From: an uncultured Holophagaceae bacterium
GTDB lineage: Bacteria > Acidobacteriota > Holophagae > Holophagales > Holophagaceae
Length of the DNA: 31,450 nt
NCBI GenBank assembly: GCA_963923615.1
Contig: CAWULW010000001.1
Location: 1 to 31,450 of the forward strand
Reading direction: 5' to 3'
Shown: in pieces, positions 18,994 through 28,403 of the stretch
Position numbering within the stretch: position 1 is the first letter of the stretch
Layout: the number at the start of each line of letters is the position of its first letter
Translations under genes and position numbers: made by a program
The notes under the pieces: generated by a model
What the model was told of the DNA's origin: nothing
Seen by the model: the letters and a program-made list of their open reading frames with translations, nothing else
Databases searched by the model: none

Positions 18994-19488
18994 ATGGCTT
19001 TTTCCGTATTTGAACCCTCACGATCCAAAGCCAGCCTCTTGATATCATTGTTGGCTGTATCGTTGGTTTTCATCTCGTTCATATTAGGGGTCCAGTTTGG
19101 AAAAGGATCGGATTCATCAAGGGCTATCAATACATCGGATTATGTAACTAATCATGACAACCCTTTGGGCAATCAACTTAATGAGGCCATTCAGAATATT
19201 CCAAGTACCAGTGACCCTGTAGCCACCCAATCGACCATGACTGAGCCACCTAAGATCATGTATATGGTGGTCATCGGTCCCCTAGAGGGGCAAAATGAAA
19301 AGGATTCAAAAAGCCTCATTAAACAAATAAATCGAGAGGCTAATTTGATCGCTATTACTACTAAATACAAAGGGAATAACTTTTGGGTACGACTTGTTCC
19401 TTCTTACACGCAATCAGAGGGAAATCGTGTCATTCAAGAACTAAAGCAAAAAGGCTTTAGCGCAAGTCTTCAATCTGAAAAGCGATAG
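18994..19488 (+). CDS. membrane-anchored SPOR-domain protein (FtsN/DedD-like)
   Basis: N-terminal TM (LLISLLAVSLVFISFILGVQFG), low-complexity linker, C-terminal YMVVIG..FWVRLVP..VIQELKQKGFSA resembling SPOR. Start 18994 avoids overlap with the receptor gene. Confidence 0.6.
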   Translation: MAFSVFEPSRSKASLLISLLAVSLVFISFILGVQFGKGSDSSRAINTSDYVTNHDNPLGNQLNEAIQNIPSTSDPVATQSTMTEPPKIMYMVVIGPLEGQNEKDSKSLIKQINREANLIAITTKYKGNNFWVRLVPSYTQSEGNRVIQELKQKGFSASLQSEKR

Positions 19489-19523
19489 AATAAAGATATC
19501 CCCTTTTATTTTTGAGAGTGGTA

Positions 19524-20660
19524 ATGTCACAACCCAAACTAAGGGACAAGTTCCCAATACTCAACCACTCAACTTTTTTGGTATCACATTCTATGGGGGC
19601 AGCTCCCTCCGATAGCCAAAATAAACTTTTAGAATATTGGAACTCTTGGAATAGCTTAGGCATTGTTGCCTGGGAGCATTGGATGCCCTTTGTGGACGAA
19701 TGCCGGGTCCTTCTGGGCAAAATTATTGGAGCCCCATCCACTTCGATCGCTTTTCATCAAAATGTGAGTACCCTCATTCACTCTGTCTTGGGCACTTTTG
19801 ATTGGACTCGGACTCGAAATGAGGTCTTGGTTTCTCAACTTACTTTCCCAACCCTTAAATATTGTCTCGAGGTCCTTAGGGGAACGGGTATTCAAATCAT
19901 TCAGGTCCCTAGTCGCGATGGGATCAGCCATGATCCTTCAGATTTTACGTCCCTTATTAGCGACCGCACAGCTTTGGTTATGGTCGATCATGGTATTTAT
20001 CGATCGTCGGCTTTGGTCGATATTCCTCCTATCACCCAGGTGGCTCACCAGCACGGGGCCCGGGTCCTTGTGGATACATATCAGACTGCAGGAATGTACC
20101 CTTTTTCGGTAACAGATTGGGGGGTTGATTTTGCCGTAGGTGGATCCCACAAGTGGCTATGCGGGGGTCCCGGAGCTAGCTACCTATATGTACGACCTGA
20201 GCTGCTAGGGGCCCTTAAGCCTCGGTTATACGGCTGGATGGCACAACAAGATATTTTTGGATTCACTCCGGAGGTTCAACCCGCTGATGATGCTCGAGCG
20301 TTCATGACGGGTACTTTTGGTATTCCTTCTTTATATGCAGCTAGAACTGGATGGGAAATCATTCTCGAAGTGGGGATTCCGTCTATTCGAAAACATGTGC
20401 TCCATATTAGTCATCACATCATACGCTTGGCACAAGAACGAAACCTCAAAATTAACTCTCCGCTGGAAGACGACGCTCGAGGTGGGCAAGTGTGTATTGG
20501 GATAGATCATGCTCATAAAATTGAATCGCTTCTGGCTAAAGATCGCATTTTTCTAGATTCTAGACCCTACTGTGGACTTAGGATTTCGGGCCATTTTTAT
20601 ACTGAAGAACGTGAGGTTCAAGACTGCTTTAACGCCCTGGACTCCATAATCAAGCGATAA
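19524..20660 (+). CDS. kynureninase-like class V PLP enzyme
   Basis: FPIL..FLVSHSMGAAP, VDTYQTAG, GGSHKWLCGGPG, GWMAQQDIF. Substrate cannot be determined from sequence alone. Confidence 0.75.
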   Translation: MSQPKLRDKFPILNHSTFLVSHSMGAAPSDSQNKLLEYWNSWNSLGIVAWEHWMPFVDECRVLLGKIIGAPSTSIAFHQNVSTLIHSVLGTFDWTRTRNEVLVSQLTFPTLKYCLEVLRGTGIQIIQVPSRDGISHDPSDFTSLISDRTALVMVDHGIYRSSALVDIPPITQVAHQHGARVLVDTYQTAGMYPFSVTDWGVDFAVGGSHKWLCGGPGASYLYVRPELLGALKPRLYGWMAQQDIFGFTPEVQPADDARAFMTGTFGIPSLYAARTGWEIILEVGIPSIRKHVLHISHHIIRLAQERNLKINSPLEDDARGGQVCIGIDHAHKIESLLAKDRIFLDSRPYCGLRISGHFYTEEREVQDCFNALDSIIKR

Positions 20661-20673
20661 TTATTTAGGTATT

Positions 20674-21495
20674 ATGATGGATTTTAAAAAACCTTACACA
20701 GCGAACAGTTTTTTTCTCATCTCGGGCCCTTGTGTCATCGAGAGTCGAGAACATGCTTTAATGATGGCAACCGAATTAAAAAAAATTACCGAGATTCGCA
20801 ACATACCTTTTATTTTTAAAAGTAGTTTTGACAAAGCCAATCGAACCTCTATGAACAGTGCTCGAGGGCCGGGCATGAAAGAGGGGTTGAGTATCTTAAA
20901 GGAGATACGAGAGACCCTCAACATTCCAGTCTTAACCGATGTTCATGAATCTAATCAATGTACAGAAGTCGCTTCATATGTAGATGTGTTACAAATACCT
21001 GCTTTCCTATGTCGACAGACAGACCTCTTGGTTGCCGCAGGACAAACGGGAAAGGTTGTAAATATCAAGAAAGGTCAATTTTTGGCTCCCTGGGATCTAC
21101 AACATGCCGTCGACAAAGTTCGCTCCACCGGTGGATCTCCAATCTGGGTTACCGAACGTGGAACAACTTTTGGGTACGGAAACTTAGTAGTAGATTTCCA
21201 ATCCTTTCCGCATCTCAGATCAACGGGATGTCCTGTAGTCTTTGATGCAACCCACAGTGTTCAGAAACCTGGAGCCTTGGGTACTCGAACTGGAGGAGCT
21301 CGAGATATGATCCCTACCTTAGCTCGAGCTGCTGCAACCACCGTGGATGGTTTCTTTTTCGAGGTTCATCACGATCCTGACCATGCACATAGTGATGGTC
21401 CAAACGCAATGCATCTGGAACAATTTCCAAACCTTTTGGATGAATTATTATTAATTTGGAAAACGTCCCGTTCAAATCGTCAAATAACTACTTAA
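20674..21495 (+). CDS. kdsA: KDO8P synthase (metal-dependent type)
   Basis: GPCVIES, KSSFDKANRTS, QIPAFLCRQTDLL, NIKKGQF, TERG, DATHSVQ, SDGP. Confidence 0.97.
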   Translation: MMDFKKPYTANSFFLISGPCVIESREHALMMATELKKITEIRNIPFIFKSSFDKANRTSMNSARGPGMKEGLSILKEIRETLNIPVLTDVHESNQCTEVASYVDVLQIPAFLCRQTDLLVAAGQTGKVVNIKKGQFLAPWDLQHAVDKVRSTGGSPIWVTERGTTFGYGNLVVDFQSFPHLRSTGCPVVFDATHSVQKPGALGTRTGGARDMIPTLARAAATTVDGFFFEVHHDPDHAHSDGPNAMHLEQFPNLLDELLLIWKTSRSNRQITT

Positions 21496-22342
21496 GTCCT
21501 GCAGCATAAGTCAAATTGAGTAGCGCCATCATACGCGTCACTTTACCGATACTATTATGGCTAGTGTCGGTATGGGCAATTCCACGGGACTTGAGTTCCT
21601 CAAAGTTAAAATTTCCATGCCCGGATAAGTCAAAACAAAGAGCATGATCCTGAATCAAAGAGCTCTGAATGCAATAGCCGGGAGCGGGAACAGCCGATAC
21701 AATGACATCCGCCATAGTAATAAATTTTTCTAAGTGTTTCACCGAAGTGTTTTGATGACACAGAATGGGTGTTGCTTTTAGATTGGCCATCATGGCTGTG
21801 AGAGGTCTTCCAATACGAAGTGAATCGTTGATGACTAAAACCGTTTTTCCAGTGAGCCACTGTTCGCCAAATCCCCGTTTAATAGTTTTTACTACTGCAC
21901 GGGCAGTACAGGGAGTCATACACCGATGATCGGATCCATCCATGCGTTTTCGAAATTTATTCAGATACCCAATGTTGGTCGAATGTAGCCCCTCGATATC
22001 TTTTTCTGGATCTAAAAGATCCATAATTTCATCGTCTTTGAGCCCTGGATATTTGAGGGGATAAAAAACAAAGATGCCTTGGTATTTAGGATCCTGATTC
22101 AATCGAGAGACGGTTTTGACAAGTTCTAAACCTGTTTCCACTTCAATGTCCTGAACTCGGATTCCTAGATCTAGGCAGTCTTTCATTAAGAATCGGTGAT
22201 AGGTAATGCAACCTTCTTCGTTACAGCCTAGGATGACCGCAAGACCAGGCGACTGCCCCAACTGATCAATATTTTTTTGGATAACCCCACGATAGTGTTC
22301 TGAAGTTTCCTGACAGTTTAGTTTTAAGGCTAGATTAGACAA
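21488..22342 (-). CDS. methylenetetrahydrofolate dehydrogenase, Mtd1-type divergent FolD family
   Basis: KDIEGLH, PCTARAVVK, VINDSLRIGRPL, VSAVP, IGKVT; TTG start with AAGGAA SD. Confidence 0.85.
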   Translation of the reverse strand: MSNLALKLNCQETSEHYRGVIQKNIDQLGQSPGLAVILGCNEEGCITYHRFLMKDCLDLGIRVQDIEVETGLELVKTVSRLNQDPKYQGIFVFYPLKYPGLKDDEIMDLLDPEKDIEGLHSTNIGYLNKFRKRMDGSDHRCMTPCTARAVVKTIKRGFGEQWLTGKTVLVINDSLRIGRPLTAMMANLKATPILCHQNTSVKHLEKFITMADVIVSAVPAPGYCIQSSLIQDHALCFDLSGHGNFNFEELKSRGIAHTDTSHNSIGKVTRMMALLNLTYAAGLK

Positions 22343-22402
22343 TGATAATTCCTTACTTTATCTATTCTAATGGATTCTTTCTCAATAATCTAATCTAGAC
22401 TT

Positions 22403-23806
22403 ATGCCTCGAACTCCTGATGACTTAAAAGTTATCCAAAAAAAACTGAATCGTTTATACCCCTATGCAATTTGCATGCTAGATCATCGCAATGCATATGA
22501 GTTAATAGTAGCGACCATCCTGAGTGCTCAGTGTACAGATGCCCGGGTCAATCTAACGACTCCTGCGTTATTCAAGAAATATCCAACTCCAAAGGCTCTC
22601 GCTGCTGCTCATATCCAAGATGTTCAACGACTGATTAAGCCCACTGGTTTTTATAAAAATAAATCTCGATTTCTCATCGCTATGGCTCAGCAAGTGGTGC
22701 GCCATCACCAAGGGCAAATACCTCGGTTAGCTGAGGATTTAGTTCGACTACCTGGAGTGGGGAAAAAAACTGCCAACGTTGTACTCAGCAATGCCTTTGG
22801 TATACCTGCTATGGCAGTGGATACCCATGTAGGTAGATTAGCCCGCCGGCTGGGCTTAAGCTCCTCTAGACATCCGGATCGTGTGGAAAGAGATTTATGT
22901 AATTTATTCAAAAAAGAAACTTGGACTTTGCTACATCATCAACTCATTACTCACGGGCGGACAACCTGCAAGGCTCAAAGTCCTCGTTGCTACGATTGCT
23001 CATTGCAACCCATGTGCCCCACGGGACTTCGAGACAAAAAAGATCCCCATACGGGACATTGGGTGAAAACTGATGAAAGAATTGTTAGCTTGGTGCCTTC
23101 TATTACCGAACTGTTATGCCAATGGGGGCTTGCTTCATCCCTTGTGGGAAGAACTAAATACTGTATTCATCCACAAGAAACGTTAAAGAAAGTGCCCGAA
23201 ATTGGAGGGACGAAAAACCCAAGGATAGAGGATATTTTGAAAGTCAAGCCAACGTTAGTCATTCTTGAACGCATGGAAAACACACTCAAAATAGCGCAAG
23301 AATTAGATGCGGCGAGAATCCCAAGTCTCGTGCTGGATATAACAGATCTAAAAAGTTGGATCAAGGCATATCAAATTCTAGGTCGACGTCTTCACAGAGA
23401 TTCTAAATCTAAAAAGTCGATTGTGGAAGTGAGGAGATCGATTGGCCGACATCGAGCGAGAACACTCAAAGTTCTTATCTTGGTTTGGAAATCACCATGG
23501 ATCATTGCAGGCTCTCAATCATACTGTGGAGGATTGTTAACGGCACTTGGAGGTCGCGTCCTAGGCGATACTAATCAAACCAAGGCCTATCCTCGACGTA
23601 CCCCTCGAGATCTGATGAAGTTAAAACCTGATCTTGTGCTGCTTCCCACAGAACCCTATCCATTTAATGAAGCAGATCAAAAAGAATTAGAAAAGTTATT
23701 TCCCCGTAGCAGAATCGATATTATTTCAGGGGAACTTTTGACTTGGTACCTGAGTCGAACTTCATCAGCGCTTAGATACTTAAAACGGCGTTACTTTACT
23801 GACTGA
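22403..23806 (+). CDS. nth: endonuclease III fused to a BtuF-like helical-backbone metal-receptor domain
   Basis: aa 1-205: LIVATILSAQCTD, HhH LPGVGKKTA, VDTHV, C-x6-C-x2-C-x5-C. From about aa 226: RIVSLVPSITELL..VGRTKYCIHP..IGGTKNP..LLPTEPYPF..GELLTWY. Confidence 0.9.
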   Translation: MPRTPDDLKVIQKKLNRLYPYAICMLDHRNAYELIVATILSAQCTDARVNLTTPALFKKYPTPKALAAAHIQDVQRLIKPTGFYKNKSRFLIAMAQQVVRHHQGQIPRLAEDLVRLPGVGKKTANVVLSNAFGIPAMAVDTHVGRLARRLGLSSSRHPDRVERDLCNLFKKETWTLLHHQLITHGRTTCKAQSPRCYDCSLQPMCPTGLRDKKDPHTGHWVKTDERIVSLVPSITELLCQWGLASSLVGRTKYCIHPQETLKKVPEIGGTKNPRIEDILKVKPTLVILERMENTLKIAQELDAARIPSLVLDITDLKSWIKAYQILGRRLHRDSKSKKSIVEVRRSIGRHRARTLKVLILVWKSPWIIAGSQSYCGGLLTALGGRVLGDTNQTKAYPRRTPRDLMKLKPDLVLLPTEPYPFNEADQKELEKLFPRSRIDIISGELLTWYLSRTSSALRYLKRRYFTD

Positions 23807-25421
23807 ATGTTATGAATTTGAGCATCGCCCGCGGACTTTGATAGCCCAAGCTTCGCTTTATTTCTCGTCCTTCGGAATCCAAAATCAAAACTGTTGGATA
23901 GCCTATGACTTGATAGCGTTTAGCAAGATCCGGTCTAATTTTGTCCATGTCAATCCGAATAGCAACATAGTGACTACGTATATAAGCACGCACTGCTTCG
24001 TCAGGCCAAGTTTTTTCATCTAATTCAAAACAGGCTGCACACCAATCGGCATAGACATCGACTAGGATAGGTCGATTAAGTTTTTTGCCCTGTTCTATAG
24101 CCAATTCTAGGTCTTGGTTCATCCACTCTTGCTTGAAACTTTTATCTAAACCTAAGATCCGCGCGGTAGTCCCCTGAAAAACCGTAGTCTTAAAATGCAT
24201 TTCAGTCAGACGGAGGATAAAGTAAACAGTAAACAAGGTCGTCACCGCTAAAATGCTTCTATGAATTAGTTTTAAGCGCAACGAATCAATCTGAATGTGT
24301 AAATAGATCCAGACAGATAGTACTGCCAAACCTAAACACATCCATAACAACCAAGTAGTTGGGAGAATGGTACGAAGGGTCCATAGGGCAAAAGATAAAA
24401 CCATCAACCCCATAGTTTTTTTTATAAATTCCAGCCAAGCGCCACTTTTGGGAAGTTGCGCGCCTAAAATACCTACCATCATGAAGGGTACCCCCATACC
24501 AAGGGCAAAAATAAATAGTTCGAGGGCACCCAATACGAGGCCCTTGCCTTGCGAAATGGTGATTAAAATGGTTCCTAAAATAGGACCAATACAAGGAGCG
24601 GATAGAGGTCCAAGGATGACCCCTGTTAAAAAGGGTCCCCAAATCCCTGACTGACTCGACCAAGACTGCAGTCGGCTTTGCAGTGAACTCGATAAACTGA
24701 ACTCAAATGCACCTAGAAGCGACGCCCCAAAGATAAAAAATAATGTGCTCATGCCAATAATAAAACTGGCTGAACTTAAAATAGATCCAAATACATTTCC
24801 CGAAAGCGCAGCGATGACACCTAAGGTGGAATAAGTGATCGCCATACCTATGACGAGTGCTAGCGTTAAAACGGCCGCCTTCCTCTTGGAAATGTCCCGT
24901 ATCCCAATGACAGCCATTGTGATGGGAATCATCGGGTAAACGCAGGGGGTTAAAGAAGCTAAAAGACCGGCAAAGAAAATGCTGACTAAAGTCCACCAAG
25001 AAAATGGAGTCTCGAGTGAGGATAAAGATTCGACTGGGCGAACTTTAATTTTTTGCTGAGTAGGCGGGTAACAAATTCCTCCTGGTCCTTCCGTGCAAGG
25101 CTGATAAGTTACCGTCACTTCTAACTCAGGCTCTGAGGTGTTAAACAACATCGGCCATATTAATTCTTGTCGATAAATATCGTCTCCCAATTCATCTTGA
25201 CCTGAGGCTGGAGGCAGCTTGCCCATTCGGATTGCTTGGGGCGAAGAGGTGGACTCGACCTTTAAAAACGCAGTCTTAAGATGGGTCTTTGGTGGGATGA
25301 GTATTACCAAACGATCTTCTTTTTGCTGAATCTGTATTGATGTTTTTGGATGAAAGGCAGTCGGCGTCTGTCCCCACAAATTTGTGAACAGGAATACTAA
25401 GACTGCAAGAAAATTTTTCAT
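23796..25421 (-). CDS. dsbD: DsbD-family thiol:disulfide interchange protein
   Basis: Signal peptide, N-domain Cys pair (QPCTEGPGGICYPP), TM domain LTPCVYPMIP and APCIGP, C-terminal thioredoxin YADWCAAC. Confidence 0.88.
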   Translation of the reverse strand: MKNFLAVLVFLFTNLWGQTPTAFHPKTSIQIQQKEDRLVILIPPKTHLKTAFLKVESTSSPQAIRMGKLPPASGQDELGDDIYRQELIWPMLFNTSEPELEVTVTYQPCTEGPGGICYPPTQQKIKVRPVESLSSLETPFSWWTLVSIFFAGLLASLTPCVYPMIPITMAVIGIRDISKRKAAVLTLALVIGMAITYSTLGVIAALSGNVFGSILSSASFIIGMSTLFFIFGASLLGAFEFSLSSSLQSRLQSWSSQSGIWGPFLTGVILGPLSAPCIGPILGTILITISQGKGLVLGALELFIFALGMGVPFMMVGILGAQLPKSGAWLEFIKKTMGLMVLSFALWTLRTILPTTWLLWMCLGLAVLSVWIYLHIQIDSLRLKLIHRSILAVTTLFTVYFILRLTEMHFKTTVFQGTTARILGLDKSFKQEWMNQDLELAIEQGKKLNRPILVDVYADWCAACFELDEKTWPDEAVRAYIRSHYVAIRIDMDKIRPDLAKRYQVIGYPTVLILDSEGREIKRSLGYQSPRAMLKFITFSQ

Positions 25422-25481
25422 CTCTTTCTAGTATAGATTCAGGAACTTAATATTTATATATTCATGACTTACAATAGATGA

Positions 25482-25829
25482 ATGTCCTACATTTTGACTA
25501 TTCGCCAGCCTTTTGTATCAGATCATTTTCATGATCTACCGGGATTCACAGAAGCGCGACATGGTCATAATTGGCATATTGAAGCATCATTTGAACTACA
25601 GCAACTCGACGATCGACCCTCCATTCATGATGATGTTCACAGATGGATACAATCCGTCGACTATACGCTTCTCAATAATGCTCCGGAGTTGCAAGGGCGC
25701 AACCCAACAGCCGAGCTCTTATCACAATGGGCTTGTGAGTATTTAACTAGTCGAGGGCATCGTGTCACCGAAATACGGATTCATGAGAAGGCAAATTATT
25801 GGGCTCGATGTCGACCCAACCTTGATTAA
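25482..25829 (+). CDS. 6-pyruvoyl-tetrahydropterin synthase (COG0720) family protein, PTPS-III motif
   Basis: T-fold motifs DH..E-A-R-HGHNW, LLN, NPTAELLSQW, IRIHE; no catalytic Cys before HGH. Confidence 0.85.
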   Translation: MSYILTIRQPFVSDHFHDLPGFTEARHGHNWHIEASFELQQLDDRPSIHDDVHRWIQSVDYTLLNNAPELQGRNPTAELLSQWACEYLTSRGHRVTEIRIHEKANYWARCRPNLD

Positions 25830-25909
25830 AGATCTGCGATTAATCTCCGAGGAAAGAGGTGAACTTGCCTTACTTCGGCGTTAAACTTGATGTACTTTAG
25901 GAGTTCTCT

Positions 25910-28369
25910 TTGGCTATCTCTGGGAAGCAACATTTAGGGTCGCTTGCATGGCTTTGGATTGTTCGTCTTTCGGGATTATCATTTGTCCTAATTCTTATTT
26001 TTTCCTTAGCGAGCTACCATTCAACAGATCCGAGTTTCTTTAATACCTCGAATAAAATTGAACCCATTCATAATTTATGTGGAAAACTTGGAAGCTACCT
26101 TGCAAGCCTTTGTTATATGGGATTTGGATTGATGGCTTGGCTGATACCCAGCTGGGTCTTATGGGAAATTTGGCCTAGTGCAAATGAACTGCCTCGATGG
26201 CCCAAACGTCTAGCCTGGTTGGGACTCCTTGTTTCACTCTCCGCAATGTGGTCTTTTGCTCCACAAACATTCTCCTTCCGAATGGGGGGATTTTTGGGTG
26301 CCGTGCTGCAACCCTCACTCCAAAGCTGGTTTGGAACGACAGGGCTTTATGTTTTGTGTCTGACTCTTGCCACCATCTCCTTATTGATCATTTCCCCTAA
26401 GCTTGCGACCTGGATGGGATCTAAAGTAGCCACTTGGGCAAAGAAATATGTATGGCCCAAATTGCAGATGCTCCCCGTACACGGGTTGCGCAAACTATGG
26501 GCACAGTGGATGACTCTCCTCAATTTTTTCAGAGTGAAGCGCCAAGAGGCTAAGGCTCGACAGCAGATTCAATCCCAGATTAGCTTTGACGAACAACGAG
26601 AGGCACTCGAGCGTGCCCAAAAAGCTCATGATGAGAGTCGAAAATCTTCCCTGTCTTCATCTCCGCGGGACATTCTTCCGGAAATACATTCTATTAACTT
26701 AGACGCACCAACTACAGGTGTACCTACAGAATTTAGAAGTGATCTCCTCCAAGGAGCTAGTGGTCCTCAAGCAGAAACCTTTTTAGAGGAGGCCCAAACG
26801 GGAACGGATGGACAAGGTCGTTCTATTGTTCAGCCTCCCTTACCCATGCCCCCCCTACCTGTTTCGCCCAAGGCACATAGAGAAATTAAAAAAAATATCG
26901 ATCGAAGTTTACCTCCTAAAGCCCTTTTTGATGAACCCTCCAAATCTGAAAAGATGGATATGTCGGCTATCAAAAACACTCAGGAGGCTATACTTCAAAA
27001 ACTTTTAGAGTTTAAAATTTCAGGTCAAGTGATCGGCAATCGACCTGGTCCGATTGTGACCGTTTATGAGTTTCAACCTGATCCTGGTATTCCCCTCTCC
27101 AAAATCTTAAATATGGAAGAGGATCTTGCAATGGCACTCCAGGCTGAAGCCATCCGTATGGATCGTATCTCGGGTAAGAATGCTGTTGGAATTGAAGTGC
27201 CTAATGCCCGGCGCGATCTTATTGTTTTCAGAGAAATTATTGAATCGGAATCTTTTATACAATCCAAGAGTTTGCTGACCATGACCTTAGGAAAAGATAT
27301 TGCAGGTTCACCATTGGTCATGGACCTCGCTCGTATGCCCCACTTATTGATTGGGGGTTCCACGGGGAGTGGCAAAAGCGTGGCGGTCAATGCCATGATC
27401 TGTTCCATCCTACTTCGGGCAACGCCTGATGAAGTCAAATTAATTTTGATCGATCCTAAAATGGTGGAAATGGGCATCTACGAAGATATCCCTCATCTTT
27501 GGTCTCCGGTGGTGACTGATATGAAAGAAGCGGGAAGAGTGCTTCGATGGGTGGTAGCACAAATGGAAGAGCGTTATAAACGCTTAGCGTTATTAAGTGT
27601 CCGAACCCTGGAGCAATACAACGAGAAAATTGGGAAACACGGGGGTGTCTTTACGCTTCCCGAGGCTACTCCGAACCCTAAGTGGCCCGATCGTCCATCG
27701 GTTTTGGAGCCGATGCCCTATGTCGTAGTTGTCATTGATGAATTAGCTGATCTCATAATGGTTGCACGAACCGAAGTAGAAGATAGTATCACTCGCATTG
27801 CACAAAAAGCTCGTGCAGTAGGTATTCATCTCATTCTAGCTACGCAACGTCCCTCAGTAGATATTTTGACCGGGGTCATTAAATCTAATCTTCCAAGTCG
27901 ATTAAGCTATCGAGTCAGTACAAAGATTGATTCTCGAACCATTTTAGATTGCTCGGGAGCAGAGAATTTACTCGGACAGGGTGACGGACTTTTCTTGGCT
28001 CCTGGTGCAGCTCGGCCGAGTCGAATTCATGCACCCTTCTTGACCGAAACAGAGACATTGAGATTAGTCGATTGGCTGAAAGATCGTGGACAACCTGATT
28101 ACAATGAGCAACTGATTAAAGTTATCGAAACGGACGAATCTGAAGAAGCCATGGGAATCGGATCGGATTCGAATAGCGGAGGCGACATCTATCAAAAGGC
28201 TATTGAAGTTGTCGTACGTGAGGGAAAGGCTAGTACAAGTTTGTTGCAGCGTAAATTAGGACTTGGTTATGGTCGAGCTGCGCGCATCATTGATCGAATG
28301 GAAAGTGAAGGAGTCATTGGTCCCGATCGAGGCGTAGGGAAGCCTAGAGAAATCTTCCGACAACCCTGA
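25910..28369 (+). CDS. ftsK: DNA translocase FtsK
   Basis: N-terminal TMs, PHLLIGGSTGSGKS, IDPK, VIDELADL, LATQRPS, gamma domain ASTSLLQRKLGLGYGRAARIID; TTG start with AGGAG SD. Confidence 0.97.
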   Translation: MAISGKQHLGSLAWLWIVRLSGLSFVLILIFSLASYHSTDPSFFNTSNKIEPIHNLCGKLGSYLASLCYMGFGLMAWLIPSWVLWEIWPSANELPRWPKRLAWLGLLVSLSAMWSFAPQTFSFRMGGFLGAVLQPSLQSWFGTTGLYVLCLTLATISLLIISPKLATWMGSKVATWAKKYVWPKLQMLPVHGLRKLWAQWMTLLNFFRVKRQEAKARQQIQSQISFDEQREALERAQKAHDESRKSSLSSSPRDILPEIHSINLDAPTTGVPTEFRSDLLQGASGPQAETFLEEAQTGTDGQGRSIVQPPLPMPPLPVSPKAHREIKKNIDRSLPPKALFDEPSKSEKMDMSAIKNTQEAILQKLLEFKISGQVIGNRPGPIVTVYEFQPDPGIPLSKILNMEEDLAMALQAEAIRMDRISGKNAVGIEVPNARRDLIVFREIIESESFIQSKSLLTMTLGKDIAGSPLVMDLARMPHLLIGGSTGSGKSVAVNAMICSILLRATPDEVKLILIDPKMVEMGIYEDIPHLWSPVVTDMKEAGRVLRWVVAQMEERYKRLALLSVRTLEQYNEKIGKHGGVFTLPEATPNPKWPDRPSVLEPMPYVVVVIDELADLIMVARTEVEDSITRIAQKARAVGIHLILATQRPSVDILTGVIKSNLPSRLSYRVSTKIDSRTILDCSGAENLLGQGDGLFLAPGAARPSRIHAPFLTETETLRLVDWLKDRGQPDYNEQLIKVIETDESEEAMGIGSDSNSGGDIYQKAIEVVVREGKASTSLLQRKLGLGYGRAARIIDRMESEGVIGPDRGVGKPREIFRQP

Positions 28370-28403
28370 GGTAAACTAATTTTATCTTTGAATAAGGAAT
28401 CCC

